A stretch of 44,610 nt of DNA, taken from IMG/VR virus record IMGVR_UViG_3300023218_000158. The stretch is one strand, 5' to 3'. A program made the translations under genes and the position numbers. Numbering within the stretch: position 1 is the first letter of the stretch; each line of letters opens with the position of its first letter. Below the pieces are notes generated by a model. The model was given only the letters and a program-made list of their open reading frames with translations, had not been told where the DNA came from and did no database searches. This DNA comes from a virus. This document shows, piece by piece, positions 39,229 to 44,610 of this stretch.

Positions 39229-41433
39229 TCAACTAAATAAATCTATGACTTTTTCACCTTCGCTATCCTCCCATTTTAAAGAATGCCCTATAAACTCTTC
39301 AAATTGCTCTCTGCAGGCTTTAAGTTCTGGGACTATGTAAGCTCGCATCCTGCCGCTGCCGGTTGACACACGCTTGCTGTGGACTCCTGGGCAACACTTC
39401 TGAATTTCTTTTGCAAAGTTGCTCGCATCCGGTAGCCAAGAGCGCACTCCTCTTTGTTTTGAAAACTTTTGAAACGCTTTGCGCAATAATTCTTTTCCGA
39501 CTTCTGCGGGCCAGCCGTCCTCGGCAAAATCTAAGTCCAGGATAACGCCTTCTTGTAAGCAACCAAGCCACCACGTATGGACAAGAGACAAGCTTTCAAT
39601 TTTTTGCTCTAAGAGCCCTTCAGTATCAGGGGCGTCATTGACGTCAATCTGACTTAGATCAAAGTCCATAAGCTCTCTTAAAAGCAGGCGGTTGCCGCCT
39701 TTTTCGTCAATTAAGACTCTCATGTCAGTAAAAAATTGCTTATCAAGCCTTCTTTTGGCCCCGATATTAAAAACCGCAAAGCGCCTTTCGTCTTGCGTCG
39801 CCGGGACAAGCCACTCTTCATTGCCAATGATACAAATGCGAGTTATATTTTTGGCTTCATACATTTCAGAGCCTTTGTGCTCGATTAAATGACTCGTGCC
39901 AGTAATAAGATCTTTTAAAATACCTTCGGCAGTTTTATCTCCAGACCAAAAAGCCTCGTCCAAAACAAAAAGTAAGAGCTTTTCTAAGTGCTTATTAAAA
40001 TTGCCTGTTACGTAGCGTTTATTTGAAGTAAGAAGAAAATTTTGTCTGAATAGGTTTCCAATCCTTTCAATAAGAGCATTTTTTCCAACGCCTTTTTTGC
40101 CTTTAAAGACAAGGGCCGTAAGGGGCTTTTCAAGTGGTTTTTGGATTATGTGGGCGAAATAGCCTTTTAGCCAGTAAGCAAGTTTTTCGTCTCCTAGACA
40201 TACGTTTTCAAGTAAATGCTCATTAAATAGCTCAACGCCTTTAATCATTTCAGAAGTGGGCTTTTCGTCTTCAGATAAAGGCTTACAATTAAACCCGCGC
40301 CATAGATTAAAAACATTTTCAGGAGCTTCTCTGCCTGGTAAAAGCTCAACTTTGTCATAAGTGGCTCTTTTAGGTGAGGAAAACCAAACTTCACTCAACT
40401 GTTTAGGCTGGCCCTTTCCGAGTTGCAAGGTTTTCGATTTTAAAAGGTCGTGAAAAGCAGAGACTTGCATAATGTCAACGCCTCCGCCGGGGAGAGTCCT
40501 AATTATTTTTGATTTGCCTCCGATAACACAAAAAGCAAATTCTCTATTTAACTCCTCGACGGGAGACTTTTTTTCTTCAGCTTCTTTAACCTCTTCAAAT
40601 TCAGCACTCGCCGAGTCGCTTCCCGGGGCGCAGGCCCCGTAGCTGTAAGCATTTTCGATTTTCTGCTTTAAATCATAAGGGTCCCAGGGGGGCTCGCATT
40701 TACCGTTCCAATGGCTTATTAAAAGAGAAAGCGCGGTTTCTTTTTTTAGACCAAAGTCTTTAAGTCTAGAACACACTCTAAAAGTTGCGTGGTCGCCTCC
40801 AGCGCCTTCAATAGCAGGCTCGGCACTTTTTAAATAAGTAACGGCCCTTTTTACGGCAGAATCTTGGTCAATTTCAACTTTTGGGGTACTAACAATCGGC
40901 TTTATTTCTCTTTTTTCACACTCTTTAATAAGCCAGTCGGGGGCTTTGGCTACGGGAAAGCTGTTTGCCGTGTAACTTTTGCCGTCAATTTCAGAGCCGG
41001 CAGCGACAATATAGCCTCCTCTTGATCTAATATCTAAGCCTTTAGCTAAAACATTGACTCCCTGTTTTAGAGGCTTATCACAAAGGTAAACTAAATGCTC
41101 CCCTCCTGTTGGAGTTTTTTGAGCGAAAGTGGCAGGAAAGTTTTTACCAGAAATTTCTAATTTTAAAAGCTCTTCTGAGCCTTTTTTGCCTTTGTTATTG
41201 TCAACATCAATTACAACAAGAGCTTTATTTCCTATAAAGTGAGAAGTTGAAATGCCGATGTTAAACGGTTGCTCCCAGCCCATGACCGGGTCAACCCAAA
41301 ACATTTTTATTTTATCTGGGTCTCTTGTGGCCGCGTCTTTAAAAGGTACAGCCGGAGTTTTACTATTAGGATTAATCGGAAAAACAAAAAAACCAAACTC
41401 TGCTAGTTTTAACGCTTTCTTATAAAAACTCAT
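39229..41433 (-). CDS. Bifunctional primase-polymerase (prim-pol) / D5-like SF3 helicase
   Basis: 734 aa. Prim-pol motifs (FPINPNSKTP, LVVIDVDN, TPTGGEHLVY), a PriCT-like middle (GDHATFRVCSRL), Walker A GKKGVGKN and Walker B LLFVLDEA. Ends in ...VIDLFS. Confidence 0.9.
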   Translation of the reverse strand: MSFYKKALKLAEFGFFVFPINPNSKTPAVPFKDAATRDPDKIKMFWVDPVMGWEQPFNIGISTSHFIGNKALVVIDVDNNKGKKGSEELLKLEISGKNFPATFAQKTPTGGEHLVYLCDKPLKQGVNVLAKGLDIRSRGGYIVAAGSEIDGKSYTANSFPVAKAPDWLIKECEKREIKPIVSTPKVEIDQDSAVKRAVTYLKSAEPAIEGAGGDHATFRVCSRLKDFGLKKETALSLLISHWNGKCEPPWDPYDLKQKIENAYSYGACAPGSDSASAEFEEVKEAEEKKSPVEELNREFAFCVIGGKSKIIRTLPGGGVDIMQVSAFHDLLKSKTLQLGKGQPKQLSEVWFSSPKRATYDKVELLPGREAPENVFNLWRGFNCKPLSEDEKPTSEMIKGVELFNEHLLENVCLGDEKLAYWLKGYFAHIIQKPLEKPLTALVFKGKKGVGKNALIERIGNLFRQNFLLTSNKRYVTGNFNKHLEKLLLFVLDEAFWSGDKTAEGILKDLITGTSHLIEHKGSEMYEAKNITRICIIGNEEWLVPATQDERRFAVFNIGAKRRLDKQFFTDMRVLIDEKGGNRLLLRELMDFDLSQIDVNDAPDTEGLLEQKIESLSLVHTWWLGCLQEGVILDLDFAEDGWPAEVGKELLRKAFQKFSKQRGVRSWLPDASNFAKEIQKCCPGVHSKRVSTGSGRMRAYIVPELKACREQFEEFIGHSLKWEDSEGEKVIDLFS

Positions 41434-43535
41434 TTTCTAAACCTCTGTCCTGTCCAGCCTCCGGCTTGAACCGGCAGACCTTCCGCCCACTTAGGAAGCT
41501 CGCACATAATTCGCTCTAGCTCTTCAACAGAACCAAAATCGTTGTTAACTTCAGTGACAATTTCATCATGAATGTGCATCACAATATCATAGCCGGCTTT
41601 ATCCACTCTTTTCATCGCTTCAGCTAATAAGTCCCTGGCAGTTGCTTGAGTTACGTTTTCAGCTAAAAGACCTCCGTAAGCGGCATTTCTTATAAACTTT
41701 TTATTTACTTCTTGTTTATAAGTAAGCGCCAGCTTTTTTTCTGGCTGATAGTCTGGATTTTCTTCTTGTTTTTTCTTTTCCCAAGGGGGCACGATTTCTC
41801 TCATTTTCGGATAAGGATAGGTAATCACGCGCCCAGAAGGCAACCGACAAAATAAAAATGAGCCTTTGGTCATAAATTTAATTTCTCGCCCTCTTGCGCC
41901 AGCTTTAAAAGTGTGGCCGGGGTTTTGTACAGCTTGAATCGCTGCGCCTTCTAAGTCATACCAAAATTGTTTTATTCTAGGATGCCCTTCGCGCCAACGC
42001 TGTTTAATACTTTCGGCTTGCTCTTCTGGGACTTTAATAAAATGATTTTTTGCCATAGAAAGGAAAGCTCCGGCTCCGCCTTGAAAACCCAAAGCAAGTT
42101 CGGCCACTTTCCCGACAAGCCTTTCGTAAGAATCTTTTTCAATTTCCTCGATAGGAATTCCAAAAATCTGACTAGCTGAGTATTCATATATTTTCCCGTG
42201 AGAGCGAAAAATATTAAGCTTTTTTTCGTCTCCGGCAAGCCAAGCTAAAACTCTTGATTCGATTGAAGAAAAATCGGCAGCTATTAATTTAAAACCAGGC
42301 TCGGCACAAAACATGGCTCTAATGGAGCTTGCAATTGCACTCATTGGAGATTTATAAAAAACAAAAAGATGCTCTAGAATCTCCTCATTTGAAAGGTCAC
42401 TTTCTAAAAGGTCTATGACTTTTTCTATTTGTTTTTGTGAAATTTCTGGCCGGGGGAGGTTTTGAAGCTGAATTCTGCGTCCAGCCCAGCGTCCAGTAGA
42501 CGCCGCCCCGTTGAATTGAAAACAACCTCGGACTCGGTTGTCTTCTGGGTTGGCGGAAAGGGTTAAAGCTTTTAATTTAGCAGTTGAGCTTTTAGCCGCT
42601 TCCTGTCTAGTTTTTAAAGCAAGCTCAACATCTTGAGGCAAATCAGTTTCTAATAGATCAAGAATTTTGTCTTTTGCAACGCCCTCAGTTTCTATGCCTT
42701 TGTTATTGACCCACTGGGCAAGAGCCACAGTAGCGTTGATTGTGCTGACTTGATTATTGGTAATTTTTCTAATGATTTTTGTAAGACGCTTTTTTTCAAT
42801 TTCAACAATTTCAATGGCTCTTTTAGCAGCTTTTAAATTAACAAAAACTCCCCTGTTATTAATTTCTTGGTCCAAAAACCAAAGCTCTTTTTCACTCGGA
42901 GAGAGTGATAAAATTCTTTTATCCAAGGCCCTTTCAACAACTACGTCTTGACCGCAATAAGAATAAAGCTTTTCATATTTTTCATTAATATCCATTTGAG
43001 GGGTTGAGTCTTTAACATGCCACCACAATACGCAATGACAAGTGATTTCGGTGTCACAAGAAAAAACTCCCGACCCTAAGCAATCCGGGCAGTCCTCTTC
43101 GGGACCGTTTCTAGGCTTACAAAGCTGAAGCATTATTCTGTGGCCTTTCATATCTTTTTTATACTGGAGGCCCACATTTTTTGAAGCGCCGTCTAGACTT
43201 CCTTGAAGACCCATTGCGTAACTTCTTACAGAAGTGCAATCCATTTTGTAAATTGAAAGCGGCGGCCAGCCGTATTTTTTAGAGCAACATAAATTCCATA
43301 TAAGATGCTCAAAAGGTGCATTGTGGGCCACAAAAACAGCGTCGCCCTCTTCAATAAGCTTAAAAAGCTCTGTCGGGGAGGGGTCTCCTAAAACCCACAA
43401 ATAGGCCGGGCCGTCGTCAATAGCCCATCTAAGACATAAAACGTCGGTCGTGGGATGCGAGGCATAGATGTGAGCACCTTGTTTTCTCAAATCGCAAACA
43501 GAGCGAGTCTCAAAATCTAAGTGGACAATTCTCAC
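41430..43535 (-). CDS. Family A DNA polymerase with 3'-5' exonuclease domain
   Basis: 701 aa. Exo I HLDFETRS, Exo II FVAHNAPFE, Exo III YCGQDVVVE. Pol motif A LIAADFSSIESRVLAW, motif B RLVGKVAELALGFQGG, motif C VMHIHDEIV. Confidence 0.92.
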   Translation of the reverse strand: MRIVHLDFETRSVCDLRKQGAHIYASHPTTDVLCLRWAIDDGPAYLWVLGDPSPTELFKLIEEGDAVFVAHNAPFEHLIWNLCCSKKYGWPPLSIYKMDCTSVRSYAMGLQGSLDGASKNVGLQYKKDMKGHRIMLQLCKPRNGPEEDCPDCLGSGVFSCDTEITCHCVLWWHVKDSTPQMDINEKYEKLYSYCGQDVVVERALDKRILSLSPSEKELWFLDQEINNRGVFVNLKAAKRAIEIVEIEKKRLTKIIRKITNNQVSTINATVALAQWVNNKGIETEGVAKDKILDLLETDLPQDVELALKTRQEAAKSSTAKLKALTLSANPEDNRVRGCFQFNGAASTGRWAGRRIQLQNLPRPEISQKQIEKVIDLLESDLSNEEILEHLFVFYKSPMSAIASSIRAMFCAEPGFKLIAADFSSIESRVLAWLAGDEKKLNIFRSHGKIYEYSASQIFGIPIEEIEKDSYERLVGKVAELALGFQGGAGAFLSMAKNHFIKVPEEQAESIKQRWREGHPRIKQFWYDLEGAAIQAVQNPGHTFKAGARGREIKFMTKGSFLFCRLPSGRVITYPYPKMREIVPPWEKKKQEENPDYQPEKKLALTYKQEVNKKFIRNAAYGGLLAENVTQATARDLLAEAMKRVDKAGYDIVMHIHDEIVTEVNNDFGSVEELERIMCELPKWAEGLPVQAGGWTGQRFRK

Positions 43536-43735
43536 AATAATCCCTCTTTTTCACAAAACCAATCAGCAATTTCAAACTCATTGTCTTCAGAAAATTCGCA
43601 ATAACTAAAGCCGTCTAAAATTACAGAGCGAGGGACCCAAAGCTCCTCATATCCAAAATCAATCAACAATGCTTTGTCAGTGCAGTTTGTAATTATGCCA
43701 GAGACAACTTCATAATCCCATTTAGAATCAATCAT
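43532..43735 (-). CDS. Hypothetical acidic protein (67 aa)
   Basis: ORF whose stop overlaps the polymerase start. Confidence 0.5.
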   Translation of the reverse strand: MIDSKWDYEVVSGIITNCTDKALLIDFGYEELWVPRSVILDGFSYCEFSEDNEFEIADWFCEKEGLL

Positions 43736-43736
43736 T

Positions 43737-43901
43737 TTAAGTCTCCTTTAACTTTTTATAATGGAATTTGATAGCCCATTCATTATGCTTAAGCCACATT
43801 CTTAAAGTTTTCTTTGCGGTATGTCTTTTCAAACCCACTAATAAGCCCGATTGCCTAGTTTCAAGCTCTGCAATGCGCTTTTTTCTTTGCTCAGTAGTCA
43901 T
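43737..43901 (-). CDS. Small basic protein (54 aa)
   Basis: Hand-translated as MTTEQRKKRIAELETRQSGLLVGLKRHTAKKTLRMWLKHNEWAIKFHYKKLKET. AAGAGG SD 5 nt upstream. Below the track cutoff. Confidence 0.4.
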   Translation of the reverse strand: MTTEQRKKRIAELETRQSGLLVGLKRHTAKKTLRMWLKHNEWAIKFHYKKLKET

Positions 43902-43952
43902 AAAAACCTCTTAAAATTAAGGAGCGGGGAGGTTGCCCTCCCCTTTAGGGAA

Positions 43953-44537
43953 TTAACTAAAAAGGTCGCTTGCGCTTTTTTGCGAAGGGGCTTCTTTTTT
44001 AGCACCTTCAACGGGTGCAAAATCGTCTTCAGCTTTGGATTTATTACCAAAAGCATCGTCGTCGGCCACTTTTTGCACGTTTCCTAGCCCAAAAGAAACG
44101 CCTCGGTTTCCTTTTGTGTCGTAAGCATAAGCACTTATTGAAGCTCTGGCCCAACAGCCTCCATAAAACTCACTCTCGTCAATAATAGATTGCACACTTT
44201 GGTCTACAACATCAGGCCGCTGGTTAGATCGAAGAGTTAAATAAATAGCGCCAGGTTCGAAACCATCGGGCAAAAATTCATTGCCTTGTTGATCTTTTTT
44301 AGCTCTGTCGCCTTGGTCTCTGAATGGGTTTCTCATGTTCTGAGGCCACTTAGATTTATCCTCGCCGAACTTTTTAATAATGGCGTCTTGTGCGGCGGCT
44401 TTTAACGCCGTTAAATCAGCGTCTTTTGGAAAAAGCGCCACGAGTGAATACTCGTCTTTCCCGTTTAGGTCGTTTCGTCTTGCTCTGAAAACATTCGGAA
44501 ACGCAACTCTAAATTTTGGTGTTAATACTTTACTCAT
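43953..44537 (-). CDS. ssDNA-binding protein, T7 gp2.5 / DUF2815-like
   Basis: ATG at 44537 with an AGGAGGG SD. N-terminus KVLTPKFRVAFPNVFRA and GGCWARASISAYAY...GVSFGLGNVQK resemble the DUF2815 OB-fold SSB. Acidic tail ends in ...SASDLFS. Confidence 0.7.
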   Translation of the reverse strand: MSKVLTPKFRVAFPNVFRARRNDLNGKDEYSLVALFPKDADLTALKAAAQDAIIKKFGEDKSKWPQNMRNPFRDQGDRAKKDQQGNEFLPDGFEPGAIYLTLRSNQRPDVVDQSVQSIIDESEFYGGCWARASISAYAYDTKGNRGVSFGLGNVQKVADDDAFGNKSKAEDDFAPVEGAKKEAPSQKSASDLFS

Positions 44538-44610
44538 AATCCCTCCTACTGGGTTAATGCTATTTTGTTTTTTATGCAAAATGAGCGTTTATAAAAAAAT
44601 TATTGTCCTA
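44534..44610. repeat. Contig-end direct repeat, copy 2 (identical to 1..77)
   Basis: Exact 77-nt match to the first 77 bases. Confidence 0.95.

Noticed and set aside
1-44610. Search for integrase, transposase, CI-like repressor, toxin-antitoxin pairs, known defence systems, tRNAs and CRISPR arrays
   Set aside because: None of the ORFs shows tyrosine or serine recombinase, DDE, or classical repressor motifs by eye, and no RNA-gene signatures were seen. Absence is provisional until profile HMM searches are run.

Overview
The window appears to be a complete, circularly closed genome of a tailed dsDNA phage. Bases 1-77 are identical to 44534-44610, so the unique length is about 44,533 bp.

Layout: two divergent arms leave one 615-bp non-coding control region (8700-9314).
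- The leftward (minus) arm runs 8699 -> 67 and continues across the contig junction as 44537 -> 38630. It carries early and replication genes: RuvC-like resolvase, metallophosphoesterase, LuxR-type HTH, many small membrane ORFs, a 408-aa protein with a 22 x 8-aa tandem repeat, a free-standing HNH endonuclease, SNF2 helicase, a Lys-rich protein, a Cas4/DUF2800-like nuclease, a T7 gp2.5/DUF2815-like SSB, a family A DNA polymerase and a prim-pol/SF3 helicase.
- The rightward (plus) arm (9315-38641) starts with small regulators and two host-like regulatory genes: a stand-alone CheY-like receiver with its own promoter and terminator, and a CsrA homologue.
- It continues with lambda-like packaging and head genes (Nu1-like TerS, gpA-like TerL, gpW, gpB-like portal) and a protease-scaffold-major capsid fusion.
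- A Mu/P2-like contractile tail follows: sheath, tube, chaperone with a -1 frameshift, tape measure, gp43-48-like baseplate and fibres.
- The arm ends with an envelope/lysis cluster (lipoprotein, membrane-anchored amidase), a LamG-like protein, a PPP-like phosphatase and a small HExxH protein.

I found no integrase, CI-like repressor, tRNA, CRISPR array or reverse transcriptase.

Observations most worth a second look:
- the phage-borne signalling toolkit (REC-only, HTH-only, CsrA, two phosphoesterases);
- the 24-nt x 22 in-frame repeat protein;
- a C-terminal D[LF][FL]S tail shared by three replication proteins;
- the YTGGACA-iteron/AT-rich control region with 44-bp tandem repeats.

All family assignments rest on motif recognition by eye. 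No database search was run.
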